NCBI GenBank assembly: GCA_024401825.1
Contig: JAKSKF010000003.1
Span: 4,948 to 68,947 of the forward strand
DNA from: Bacteroidales bacterium
GTDB taxonomy: Bacteria > Bacteroidota > Bacteroidia > Bacteroidales > UBA932
DNA length: 64,000 nucleotides
Direction: 5' to 3'
The notes below the pieces were generated by a model that saw nothing but the letters and a program-made list of their open reading frames with translations, was not told where the DNA came from and made no database searches. Below are positions 1 to 9,203 of the stretch, in pieces; position 1 is the first letter of the stretch, and each line of letters begins with the position of its first letter. The translations under genes were made by a program, and so were the position numbers.

Positions 1-719
1 CCTCCCTTGAGAATGAGTGACGCCTCCGGCAATTCGGCCACAAGAGACTCGAGCGAGCCGGTGGCCTCCACCAGTTCCTTGAGCAGGTTCTCGGCTATCG
101 AGAAGGATGCCTTCATCTCAGCATTGCCGGAAATCACGGTAAGGAGAGTCATTTCCGACACCTGGTCTCCGGGGTTGTTGTTTATGTCGCCCACGACCCC
201 GTCGACAGGCGAGGTTATGGTGCAGAAGTCGAGATTGAGCTGTGCGTTCCTCAGAGCCGCCTTAGCCTGCTCCACCGCAGCCAGAGCCCGGTTGTAGTCA
301 TTGAGCGAGGTGTTCAGCATATACTCGCTGACTATCTTCTTTTCATAGAGGTTCTTGTTGCTTTTGTATTCAAGTTCCGCGCTGCTGCATTGAGCCAGCG
401 CCGCAGAGAGGTCCGCCTGAACCGCCTTCAGCATCTGGTCAGCCTTCCTGCTGTCTATGACGAACAGCTTGTCCCCCTTCCTGACTTTCTGACCGGGAGC
501 CACGCACACGGTCATCAGCTGTCCGCTGGTCTGGGGCATTATGCTCACGTCATTGCGGCCCGCGATGGCGGCGCTGAAATCATACGGGATTTCAAGGTCT
601 GCGGGAGCGAGCGTGATGGTTTCGAACGAGGTGTGCTTCTCTTCAGGGGCCTGTCTGCAGGAGAACGTCACAAGCGCCGCAAAGAGCGCAGCAACGGTGT
701 AAATGATTCTGCGTTCCAT
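1..719 (-). CDS. RND efflux periplasmic adaptor (membrane fusion protein), 3' end outside window
   Basis: Manual translation from ATG at 719: MERRIIYTVAALFAALVTFSC (lipobox), then IMPQTSGQLMTVCVAPGQKVRKGDKLFVID and NLDFCTITSPVDGVVG, the lipoyl half-motifs flanking the alpha-hairpin of MFPs. Absent from the ORF track because it runs off the edge. Confidence 0.88.
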   Translation of the reverse strand, partial: MERRIIYTVAALFAALVTFSCRQAPEEKHTSFETITLAPADLEIPYDFSAAIAGRNDVSIMPQTSGQLMTVCVAPGQKVRKGDKLFVIDSRKADQMLKAVQADLSAALAQCSSAELEYKSNKNLYEKKIVSEYMLNTSLNDYNRALAAVEQAKAALRNAQLNLDFCTITSPVDGVVGDINNNPGDQVSEMTLLTVISGNAEMKASFSIAENLLKELVEATGSLESLVAELPEASLILKG

Positions 720-751
720 AAATACAATTGTTTTCAATAATGTCAAGAATA

Positions 752-759
752 CAAAAATA
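752..759 (-). promoter_or_regulatory. Bacteroidetes -7 promoter box (TATTTTTG) for the efflux gene
   Basis: Matches TAnnTTTG about 33 nt upstream of the ATG in an AT-rich divergent intergenic region. Confidence 0.55.
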
Positions 760-817
760 GTGTAAATCAAATTAATTTGCTCAATAATTTTGATTATCTT
801 TACGAGTTCAATGAATA

Positions 818-1930
818 ATGAAAACATTTATGAAGAATATGACCAGAATCTCATCTTCAGTCCTCGCGGCGGCCCTGCTCGTCTGCGGACTGGCTTTCAC
901 ATCATCCTGCTCAAAGGAAAACACGCCTCAGGTCCTTTTCGAGGCGACCTTCTATCTTGGAGTGAACCCCAATGACGCCGCCTGCATATACAAGAGCGGC
1001 GAATTGCTTTACCAGCTGGGACCGGATTCCTACATCTCCGGGCTCGCAGTGATGCCCGACGGCACCGTATATGCCTGCGGTGAAATCCAGAACCGTTCCG
1101 AAAGCGGCGAAGTGGTGTCGGAGACACTGGCAATGTGGAAGGACGGACAGCGCATCAGCAAGGACTTGGGAACCGAATACGGCAACCACTTCAACAAGAT
1201 GATATCCGCAGGCGACAAATGGCTTTGCAACGCCACGCTGTTTGAAGCGGGCGTCCCCCACGGTATAATAATAGAAAACGGAGAAGTGGTTTTCAGGAGC
1301 GCGGACAACGTCAAGTTCCTGACAATGGACATCGGAGCGTCCGGAGACTCCTACGTAGTCGCATCTGAAGAAGGCACACTGAGTCTGTGGCGAATCTCGG
1401 CCAGCACACGGGAAATAACCTCGACGGAAGTCATCGCCCAGAGCGAAGAGGGATACATCTGGGATGCCTGCCTGTACGTGGGCAATTCCGACATTGCAGT
1501 GGGCCTGAACAAGTTCAACACAACAGATTTCACAACAACCGCATACTGCTGGGTGAACGGAGGCCTGGGCCTTGAGAGGGTAGAGGGCAACAGCGCCATC
1601 AACTCCATCACTTTCTTCGGAGGATATCTGGTACTCGCCGGTCATCACGAGAAAGTCACCCTGGCACAGGATTATGCGGAAATCCAGACCACGGCGGTCC
1701 AGTGGGTCAACGGCTATCCCCAGGATTTCAGCTACGGCTGCACGGGAGACAGCGACCTCCGTCTTGTGATGAACTGGAACAATATGTTCATCTTCCAGGC
1801 CGTGGAGCACGACGGCGGCATCCAAATCTGCAACAACGGAGCCGCGCTCGAGACAGTGAACCTTCAGTACGCCCGGCTCAGCTGCTGGGACGTAACAGTA
1901 AAGGAAAAGCAGGTAACTCCCGGAGTCTGA
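818..1930 (+). CDS. hypothetical lipoprotein, beta-rich (possibly propeller-like)
   Basis: 370 aa ORF; signal peptide ending FTSSC followed by SKE; repeated motifs such as AMWKDGQ, YCWVNG and VQWVNG. Confidence 0.7.
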   Translation: MKTFMKNMTRISSSVLAAALLVCGLAFTSSCSKENTPQVLFEATFYLGVNPNDAACIYKSGELLYQLGPDSYISGLAVMPDGTVYACGEIQNRSESGEVVSETLAMWKDGQRISKDLGTEYGNHFNKMISAGDKWLCNATLFEAGVPHGIIIENGEVVFRSADNVKFLTMDIGASGDSYVVASEEGTLSLWRISASTREITSTEVIAQSEEGYIWDACLYVGNSDIAVGLNKFNTTDFTTTAYCWVNGGLGLERVEGNSAINSITFFGGYLVLAGHHEKVTLAQDYAEIQTTAVQWVNGYPQDFSYGCTGDSDLRLVMNWNNMFIFQAVEHDGGIQICNNGAALETVNLQYARLSCWDVTVKEKQVTPGV

Positions 1931-1949
1931 GAGACAGGACTCCGGCTTT
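1920..1949 (+). terminator. hairpin between convergent genes
   Basis: CCGGAGTC (1920-1927) and GACTCCGG (1938-1945) form an inverted repeat followed by only CTTT. Confidence 0.35.
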
Positions 1950-1953
1950 GCCG

Positions 1954-3099
1954 TCAGCGTGACTCGGAAAGAGCCTCCTCGTACATCTTTACAAGAGCCG
2001 CAATGGATTTGCGGATGTCATAGTTGCAGGCAGACTCGGAGTATGCCTTGCGCATTGCGGCGTGTTCCTGAGGATGTTCTATCCACCAGTCAATCCGCTC
2101 CGCAAGCGCTTTGGGGCTGTGACTCTTGAAAAGGCTCTCAGGGCAGAGAGCGAACTCCCTTGTGGCGGACATCGCGGCATCTCCTATCACGGGGACGGCG
2201 CCCTCACGGAAGGACTCCACACAGGACAGTCCCTCCACCTCGACAAGGGCGCAATGAACATACAGGTATGCCTTGCGGGCAAGTTGCCTGAGCCGGGAAG
2301 AACTGTAGAAGCCGAATTCCGCAGGATACTTCAGGATACCCTCCTTGTAGAGGTCGATGCACATCTTGCGGCATTTGTTCAGCCGCATTCCCTTGCCCGC
2401 AAAGTGAAGCTGGATTTCAGAGGCGTGGCGGCTGTATCTCATAGCCTTTATCAGAGTGGTCTGGTCCTTCTCGACGGACATCCTTCCTATGCACAGGACA
2501 AGATAGGGCTTGGTCTGAGGCTCCTCGAGAGCCACGGGCGAGGGTGCGTCTATTCCATTGGAAATGACGTGCAACTTGGCCTTGAAATGCCACCTGTCAA
2601 GAATATCCTTGACAGTGCGGGTGGGACACTGTATATGGGAAAGATGGTTGAAAACCGTCCTCCGCCATATACTCATAAGCGTATGGTTGCCGAATTTCCA
2701 CTTGCCCACCATCAGGTTGTAGAACACGTTCTGGGTGAAGAGATGGAACGTTCCCACCAGCGCCTTTCCCTGCCTTTGAGCCTCACGGATGACGTGAATC
2801 TGCAACGGCATAGGTTCCTCTATATGAATGACGTCAGCCCAGGAGACCGCCTCACGGATGACCTTGGGGTCGCTTATGGAAAAGCAGTAGCTGTTGGCGT
2901 CTATGATGAACTGGAATATGGGAAAATGGAATTTCTTGAGAATGTAGTCCGGCTCAGGCCCCTCGTAATTGGGATTCTCCGCACTCATCAGGCGCACATC
3001 CACTCCGGCTTCACGCAAATGCTTGATAGTCACGCGGGCTGAAGTGCTCACACCGTTTCCGGTCACAAAAACATTGTTGCAAACAAATAGAACTCTCAT
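1954..3099 (-). CDS. GT4 glycosyltransferase (possibly glycolipid synthase-like)
   Basis: MRVLFV...NGVSTS N-terminus, VISNGID, GRMSVEKDQ and EVEGLSCVES (EX7E motif). Confidence 0.85.
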   Translation of the reverse strand: MRVLFVCNNVFVTGNGVSTSARVTIKHLREAGVDVRLMSAENPNYEGPEPDYILKKFHFPIFQFIIDANSYCFSISDPKVIREAVSWADVIHIEEPMPLQIHVIREAQRQGKALVGTFHLFTQNVFYNLMVGKWKFGNHTLMSIWRRTVFNHLSHIQCPTRTVKDILDRWHFKAKLHVISNGIDAPSPVALEEPQTKPYLVLCIGRMSVEKDQTTLIKAMRYSRHASEIQLHFAGKGMRLNKCRKMCIDLYKEGILKYPAEFGFYSSSRLRQLARKAYLYVHCALVEVEGLSCVESFREGAVPVIGDAAMSATREFALCPESLFKSHSPKALAERIDWWIEHPQEHAAMRKAYSESACNYDIRKSIAALVKMYEEALSESR

Positions 3100-3110
3100 A
3101 ATCTAACTCA

Positions 3111-3118
3111 CAAAGATA
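3111..3118 (-). promoter_or_regulatory. Bacteroidetes -7 promoter box (TATCTTTG)
   Basis: Exact TAnnTTTG 11 nt upstream of the GT4 ATG. Confidence 0.6.
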
Positions 3119-3136
3119 CAAAATTCCTGTGACATT

Positions 3137-3862
3137 TCAGGACAGCAGGGCAATGATTCCGGCCACTCCTATGAAAACATAGACGCACTTCCGCACCGCA
3201 GATATGGGCACCCGGACATAGATTCTGCCACCCACGAACAAGCCAAGCAGCACTGCCGCGACACCGGCGGCCCATCCCCACAGGACGTTGGAGGTCAGGA
3301 AGCCGTTGGCCGCCCTCTCCCCTGTCATAAAACAGTTGCTTATTATGAAAAACCACTGGGTGATGGCCATATATTCTTCCTTGCTTTCCGTACAGCTGAC
3401 GAAGTATATCACAGCAGGAGGCCCCTGCATAGCGAACAGTCCTCCCGTAAGTCCGGACAGCGTACCCATTCCCACCTGGACCGGGAGAGAAGGACGCATC
3501 CTGATACGGTTCCTGATGAATCCGAAGTAGAAACTGAGAAAAATCAGGATTCCCCCCAGAGCCTTCTTCATAAGCGAACTGTCCAGACGGCCGACCAGAT
3601 TCACGGCGAAGAAGGACACCACGAGGAAGGTAATCAGGATGGGAACGAGTTTTTTCCAGGGCACGAAGCGGAAATACTGGATACCCGTCACGACGGCGCA
3701 CACCAGGGCAAGAAGTCCGCTCAGGGCGGTGGCCTCCGGATAGGAAGGCATCAGATGGGGCGACACGGTCATAAAGAGCATCCCGAAGCCGAAGCCGGTC
3801 ACCCTCTGGGTGGTGGAGGCGATGAAAGCGGCGACGAATATTATGACGTAAGTCAGATACAT
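3137..3862 (-). CDS. TauE/SafE family (sulfite exporter-like) membrane protein
   Basis: 241 aa hydrophobic protein with TGFGFG and GLTGGLFAMQGPP repeat motifs. Confidence 0.85.
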   Translation of the reverse strand: MYLTYVIIFVAAFIASTTQRVTGFGFGMLFMTVSPHLMPSYPEATALSGLLALVCAVVTGIQYFRFVPWKKLVPILITFLVVSFFAVNLVGRLDSSLMKKALGGILIFLSFYFGFIRNRIRMRPSLPVQVGMGTLSGLTGGLFAMQGPPAVIYFVSCTESKEEYMAITQWFFIISNCFMTGERAANGFLTSNVLWGWAAGVAAVLLGLFVGGRIYVRVPISAVRKCVYVFIGVAGIIALLS

Positions 3863-3873
3863 AAGAAATCACC

Positions 3874-5103
3874 TCAGCGGACGGCGTCCGTAATACGGTC
3901 AACCACATACCGGGCGTCCTCCAGGCTGACGCAGGGGCCGGACGGAAGACAAAGACCCGTCTTGAAGACGGCCTCGCACACGGAAGGAGAGGTTTCGCCG
4001 TAAAGATTGAACGGATTCAGGTAAGCATCGGCATCCCGGTACACCGGCTGGAGGTGCATAGGTTTCCAAAGCGGCCTGGACTCTATTCCGGCTTCATCCA
4101 ACGCTATGCGCAGGGCCTCCACGTTGGCATTCGGACGGCAGTGCGGTTCACCGGCGAGCGACTCATAGACGGAATCCTGCCCCCTTATCCGGAGCGCAGG
4201 GTCCAGGTTGACTGTGCTGAGCCAGTAGTTCGAACCTTCGACAGCGCCGCGGGGCCCGCTGTGAAAATCGATTCCCGGGACAGAGGAAAAGGCCTCACGA
4301 TAGAAGGAGGCGAGCATCCTGTGATGGGCGACGTGCTCACGGAGCACTGTCATCTGACCCCTTCCGATGCCCGCGCAGACATTGCTCATACGGTAGTTGT
4401 AACCTATCTGCTCGTGCTGGTAATACGGGAACTGCTCCCTGCTCTGGGTGGCCAGTTTCATCGCGGCCTGCCTGGTCTGGCTGTCTTCGCACACCAGCGC
4501 CCCTCCTCCGGAGGTTGTAATCATCTTGTTTCCGTTGAAACTCAGGACACCGAACTTCCCGAAGGTCCCCAGCGCGCGGCCGCCGGACTTCGAGCCGAGC
4601 CCTTCAGCGGCATCCTCAATGACGGGAATTCCGTAAGAACCGGCTGTCTCCATTATCCTTCCCACATCATAGGGCATACCGTACAGGGCCACGGGAATGA
4701 TGGCCTTGGGCTTGCGTCCTTTCCGGGAAATCCTGTCTTCGATTGCCGATTTCAGAAGGTCCGGGTCCATATTCCAACTCTGCGGTTCGGAGTCTATGAA
4801 CACAGGGGTGGCTCCCAAGTACCTGACGGGATTGGAACTTGCGCAGAAAGTGAAACTCTGCACCAGGACCTCGTCCGATGGTCCGACGCCCAGAAGTCTC
4901 AGGGCCAGATGCACGGCCGCAGTGCCCGAAGACAGCGCGACCACCTCGCGGGGAGCATCAAGAAAGGCCTTCAAGTCGGACTCGAAACCTTCCACGTTGG
5001 GTCCCAGGGGAACGACCCAGTTGGTGTCGAACGCTTCCTGAACGTACTTCTTTTCGGCCCCTGAAGGGGACATATGGGCGAGGCAAAGGTGGATTCTGTT
5101 CAT
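3874..5103 (-). CDS. DegT/DnrJ/EryC1/StrS PLP sugar aminotransferase (PglE/EpsN-like)
   Basis: LSSGTAAVHLAL, IEDAAEGLG, SFNGNKMITTSGGG, GYNYRMSN, WKPMHLQP and GLCLPSG. Confidence 0.93.
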   Translation of the reverse strand: MNRIHLCLAHMSPSGAEKKYVQEAFDTNWVVPLGPNVEGFESDLKAFLDAPREVVALSSGTAAVHLALRLLGVGPSDEVLVQSFTFCASSNPVRYLGATPVFIDSEPQSWNMDPDLLKSAIEDRISRKGRKPKAIIPVALYGMPYDVGRIMETAGSYGIPVIEDAAEGLGSKSGGRALGTFGKFGVLSFNGNKMITTSGGGALVCEDSQTRQAAMKLATQSREQFPYYQHEQIGYNYRMSNVCAGIGRGQMTVLREHVAHHRMLASFYREAFSSVPGIDFHSGPRGAVEGSNYWLSTVNLDPALRIRGQDSVYESLAGEPHCRPNANVEALRIALDEAGIESRPLWKPMHLQPVYRDADAYLNPFNLYGETSPSVCEAVFKTGLCLPSGPCVSLEDARYVVDRITDAVR

Positions 5104-5112
5104 AGTCGGTCT

Positions 5113-5787
5113 CTACAGGTCAATCAGGTGTCTTACCCACAGATTGGGTTTCTTGGAAATGATTTTCTCCAACTGGAAGATGCTGTGGAGGTCGGTCGAG
5201 AAGAAATCGCACCAGCCGCGGCGGGCAAGGAAGCGGATTATCTTAATCGATGCGGGTCCGTAGGTTCCTGCGAGGGAAAGGTAGTTGAGTTGGAAGCGGC
5301 AGCCTCCGTAGCGAAGGCTCTCCAGGTCTTCGAGGCAGCCGGCCATATAGGGATAGCGCTCGGGATGAGCCAGGATAGGCTTGTATCCGTTGAGCACCAG
5401 GCCCATAACGGTCTCCTCGAGATTGGGACTTCGAAAATAGTAGCTCATCTCTATCAGCACGGATTTGTCCGGGAAACACAGCAGCGACTCAGGATGCTCC
5501 ATCGCGCGTTTCTCAAAGCCGTTCACCACCATATACTCCGCCGCCAGATGAGTGGTCAGGCCAAGTTCCCCCGGAATCTCCGACTTGAAGCGCTCGTAAT
5601 GAAGGCGCAGGGATTCCTCATCGGAACCGGGGAAAAGTTCGGGATTCAGATGAGGGGTGAACGTAAGGTCCGTGCAGCCGTTGAGGGCCAGCAGGCGCAG
5701 CGCCTCGACGGAATCCTCCGTCGTCTTGAACCCGTCGTCCACTCCGGGGAGCAGATGGCTGTGTATGTCAATGCTTCTGATTTTCAT
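5113..5787 (-). CDS. cpsB: CpsB/CapC PHP-family protein tyrosine phosphatase
   Basis: IDIHSHLLPGVDDG, TPH, AHPERY and STDLH. Start reassigned to ATG 5787 because the upstream ORF-track extension is only another frame of the wzc Tyr repeat. Confidence 0.9.
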   Translation of the reverse strand: MKIRSIDIHSHLLPGVDDGFKTTEDSVEALRLLALNGCTDLTFTPHLNPELFPGSDEESLRLHYERFKSEIPGELGLTTHLAAEYMVVNGFEKRAMEHPESLLCFPDKSVLIEMSYYFRSPNLEETVMGLVLNGYKPILAHPERYPYMAGCLEDLESLRYGGCRFQLNYLSLAGTYGPASIKIIRFLARRGWCDFFSTDLHSIFQLEKIISKKPNLWVRHLIDL

Positions 5788-8398
5788 CAGACTTGTGCCT
5801 GCGCTTGTTCCTGTCCCTGGGGTCGTCCCCGTAGCCATAGCCATAGCCATAGCCGTAACCGTAGCCGTAGCCATAACCGGCCTTCTTGCCGTAACCGTAG
5901 CCGTAGTAGGAACCGTACCTGAAGCGGGTTCCGTAGCCGTAGGCATAGCCGTAGCCGTAACCCTTGCCGTAGCCGTAGTGATACTTCATAGTGTTGTAGT
6001 TCAGGTCGTTCAGCACTATGTTTACGTTCTTGATGGGCTTCTGGGGGTCCTCCAGAATCTCCTTGAAGTCATTGAGGAGCCTGAGGTTGGTGTAGTCCGC
6101 GCGCACCACGTACAGAGTGGCGTCAACGTAAGGATTGATAAGGGACGAGTCCATTACCGGAAGATAGGGCGCGGAGTCCACTATGACATAGTCGTAACGC
6201 TCGCGGAAGAAGTCGAGGACCTTCTTCATATCGCACTTGGACATAAGTTCCAGAGGATTGGGAGGCACCGCTCCCGCGAACACGAGGTCAAGGTTGGGAT
6301 GCTTGTCGCTCTTCACCACAAGCTGGCCGAGGTCACTGTCCCTGCCTATGAGGTAGCCGACGAACGTTCCCCTGGCCTCGGAGACGTCCTTCTTGAAGAT
6401 TTTTCCGAGCGACGGCTTGCGTATGTCCAGACCCAGCAGGACGACCTTCTTGTCCAGTCTGGCAAGGGACAGGGCAAGGTTGGAAGACACGAAGGACTTG
6501 CCCTCGCCGGGGATTGAGGAAGTGACCTGGAACACCCTCGCGTCGGGTATGTAGCGGAGGTTCGTGCGCAACATTCCGAAGGATTCCGTACAGCTGTCCC
6601 GCCCTTCGCTGATGAGCGCGTTCTCAAACTCCGTGTCCGTCTTCTTGCGGCCTATGGTCCTTGCAGCGCCGGACTTTCTTGTGATGAGAGCCAGCACGGG
6701 CACGTCGGTCCTGTCGGTGATATCCTGCTTGGTTTCCACTGTCGTGCGGAAGAAAATCCTGAGCCAGACAAGCGCGGGAGGTATGCAGAACCCTATGAGG
6801 AAGGCTATCAGATAAATCTGGCCCTTGTCCGGACTCACGGGAGCGGTGGAGCCGAAGGCCTGCTCGAGCACCCTGAAATTGTCAGCCTGCGAACTCATCG
6901 AAATCTGGGTTTCCTCCTTCTTCTGCTGGAGCATCAGGTACAGGGGTTCTATCACGTCCAGTTCCCTTCCGAGTTTCTGGACCTGAAGTTCCTGACGGGG
7001 AATCTGGGAAAGCTGGCGCTTGCCCTCGGAAATGTTCTTGAGGACCTCGCTCCGTTTGGTGGAGTAAACCCTGGCCAGATTGGCGATTGTGGTTTCCAGC
7101 GTGCGTTTCTGTATGTCAAGCTGGGTGTTGACCGTGAGCACGCGGGGGTTGGTCTCGCTGGAATTGGCCACCATTCTCTCCCGTTCGAGCACAAGAGAGT
7201 TGTAGGAGGCTATGATGCCGTTCAGTCCGGGGTCCGTCACTCCCACGTTGGCGGGGATGGCGCTGTAATGGCCGTCGCCCTGGGATTCGACGCACTCGCT
7301 CACCATTCCGAGCACCTGGAGTTGGAAACCCACTTCGTCCAGACGCTCCTGGTTCTTCTGGTCGTTGCTAAGCACATAGCTGGACTGCGAGCCTACGTCT
7401 ATCACTGCATTGCTGGAACGGTATTCCTGGTAGTTGTTCTCGGCTTTTCCGAGTTGGGATGAAAGTTCTTCCAGACGGCCGTTGATGAAATCGACTGCCC
7501 TGTTCCCCGCAATGTTGGCGTAGTCGCGGGCCTCGGCGTTGGACACGGCCACCAGGGAATTGAGCACGTCACGTGCGCGGACCACATTGTTGTCGGAATA
7601 GGACAGTATCATAACGTCGCCCGCCGCCTTGTTGCGGTCCTTTTTCTGAAGTTCCGTGGTCACGCGGGCCGACATTTCAGAGGCGGTGGCAAGAGGGCTG
7701 CGCCACTCGCAGACATAGCGGTTCCCGGAGGTCATCTGCTCCTCTTTCCGCACGGTGACGCTGAATCCGGCGCCGCCCAGGTCAAAGACTTCCCCGTAAC
7801 GGTGTTCTCCCAGGAATTCCTGACGTTCCGCCCCATTCTGGACGAAGGAATAGATTTCAAAGACGCCGCCTTCCCTGTGGCGGAACTTCACGTCAAGGGA
7901 GGAAACGGACTTAGACGCATTGGCGGGGTCGTCGAAGACGAGTTCGAAGCCGAACGGAGAATTGCGGTAGAACTCGCTCTTGCGGAAGCCGAAAACCTTG
8001 TCGAAGCCGGGAATGGAGCCGGCCACGGGGCTCAGATACTCATAACACCGGGAATTGAGGTTGAGCTTCTCCACGACGTTGCACATCATCGACGGAGTCT
8101 TGATGATGAACATCTCGTTGTCCATAGTCTTGTTCCTGACCCTGCCCGTGATTTCTCCGACGTAGCCCAGTTCGGATTCGGAGCCCGCCTTGTTGAGCAT
8201 AAGCCAGGTGGACTGCCTGTACATAGGCGTGGTCATCCTGACTATTATGAACGCCACCACGAGCGCCGCCGCGGAGGAGAATATTATCCAGTAGCGCAAC
8301 CTCCACACGAAGTCTATCAGTTCCCTGTACGAACTGAAGTTGACCTTGGTGTTGAAATTCTGGTCGCTCAGGTTCTGTATGCTGTGATTGCTTTCCAT
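5768..8398 (-). CDS. wzc: polysaccharide co-polymerase / tyrosine autokinase Wzc
   Basis: Two TM segments, periplasmic coiled coil, Walker A TSSIPGEGKS, DIRKP, VIVDSAP and a C-terminal YG cluster. Confidence 0.95.
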   Translation of the reverse strand: MESNHSIQNLSDQNFNTKVNFSSYRELIDFVWRLRYWIIFSSAAALVVAFIIVRMTTPMYRQSTWLMLNKAGSESELGYVGEITGRVRNKTMDNEMFIIKTPSMMCNVVEKLNLNSRCYEYLSPVAGSIPGFDKVFGFRKSEFYRNSPFGFELVFDDPANASKSVSSLDVKFRHREGGVFEIYSFVQNGAERQEFLGEHRYGEVFDLGGAGFSVTVRKEEQMTSGNRYVCEWRSPLATASEMSARVTTELQKKDRNKAAGDVMILSYSDNNVVRARDVLNSLVAVSNAEARDYANIAGNRAVDFINGRLEELSSQLGKAENNYQEYRSSNAVIDVGSQSSYVLSNDQKNQERLDEVGFQLQVLGMVSECVESQGDGHYSAIPANVGVTDPGLNGIIASYNSLVLERERMVANSSETNPRVLTVNTQLDIQKRTLETTIANLARVYSTKRSEVLKNISEGKRQLSQIPRQELQVQKLGRELDVIEPLYLMLQQKKEETQISMSSQADNFRVLEQAFGSTAPVSPDKGQIYLIAFLIGFCIPPALVWLRIFFRTTVETKQDITDRTDVPVLALITRKSGAARTIGRKKTDTEFENALISEGRDSCTESFGMLRTNLRYIPDARVFQVTSSIPGEGKSFVSSNLALSLARLDKKVVLLGLDIRKPSLGKIFKKDVSEARGTFVGYLIGRDSDLGQLVVKSDKHPNLDLVFAGAVPPNPLELMSKCDMKKVLDFFRERYDYVIVDSAPYLPVMDSSLINPYVDATLYVVRADYTNLRLLNDFKEILEDPQKPIKNVNIVLNDLNYNTMKYHYGYGKGYGYGYAYGYGTRFRYGSYYGYGYGKKAGYGYGYGYGYGYGYGYGDDPRDRNKRRHKSDENQKH
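5828..5983 (-). repeat. hexamer (TAY GGN) repeat encoding the Wzc Tyr-Gly cluster
   Basis: Plus-strand runs of gtagcc/atagcc/gtaacc; translates to YHYGYGKGYGYGYAYGYG...KKAG(YG)8. Confidence 0.85.
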
Positions 8399-9190
8399 TT
8401 ATTTTCCGACATTTCTAGTGAGAGTCAGCACCGTGGTGACTATTGCGACAGCCGAGGTGACCGACGAGATGATGGAGGTCCAGAAGCTGAGGGTATTGGT
8501 GCCGGTGGCGACCCTGCCCGTGCTGGGAGGTATGTACAGCACGTCGTTCTGCTGGAGGAAGAAATAGGGCGAGTCCAGCAGATGACTGCGCTTGAGGTCC
8601 AGTTTGTGGCACACTATTGTGCCCTCCTCCTCCCTGAGGAGCATAATGTCCTCACGCTTTGCCATAAGGGTAAGGTCCCCCGCCATCGATATGGCCTGGA
8701 GCACGTTGACCTTCTCCGACTGCATAGTGTAAGTGCCGGGGCTCTTGACTTCTCCGAGCACGGTGACCTTGTAGTTGCGGAAGTCCACGTGGACGATAGG
8801 GTCCTTGACGTCCTTGCTGATTTGGCGCGTGAGATACTCGCAGAGCTCGTTCCTGGTCATTCCCTCCACGTGGATGGTTCCAAGTATGGGGAAACGGATG
8901 TCACCGTTGCTGTCCACGAGATATCCCAGGGTGGAGCGCTCCGGATTTCCGTAGGAACCGAGGTTCTCGGACAGGGTCAGGTTGTAAGGCGTCACCACGC
9001 TCTTGTCCGGACCCGTCACCACGATGATCAGGTTGTCATCCTTCTTGATTACCGCCTGATAGGCATTGGAGAGTTCCCCGAGGGTGGCCTTGTCTATGTC
9101 CTGGAAGTAGAGCACGTCCTTGGGTGACGAGCAGCATACCAGCAGGGCCGCTCCTGCGAGCGCGGACAGTGTCTTTGCAAGAAATTTCAT
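8399..9190 (-). CDS. wza: polysaccharide export lipoprotein Wza
   Basis: Lipobox, YFQD, GYLVDSNGDIRFPILG, VLGEVKSPG, AGDLT and LQQNDVLYI; immediately upstream of wzc. Confidence 0.93.
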   Translation of the reverse strand: MKFLAKTLSALAGAALLVCCSSPKDVLYFQDIDKATLGELSNAYQAVIKKDDNLIIVVTGPDKSVVTPYNLTLSENLGSYGNPERSTLGYLVDSNGDIRFPILGTIHVEGMTRNELCEYLTRQISKDVKDPIVHVDFRNYKVTVLGEVKSPGTYTMQSEKVNVLQAISMAGDLTLMAKREDIMLLREEEGTIVCHKLDLKRSHLLDSPYFFLQQNDVLYIPPSTGRVATGTNTLSFWTSIISSVTSAVAIVTTVLTLTRNVGK

Positions 9191-9203
9191 AGTCTCACGG
9201 AAT

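Noticed and set aside
5788-5946. Thr/Ala/Met-rich N-terminal extension of the PHP phosphatase ORF
   Set aside because: It is an alternative frame of the wzc YG repeat; the conserved domain starts at ATG 5787.
7802-9127. Long antisense ORFs (e.g. 7802-9127, 37243-38478, 4054-5064, 2062-3042, 47074-48069)
   Set aside because: They lie entirely opposite well-supported genes, have no motifs and are expected shadows of GC3-rich codon usage.
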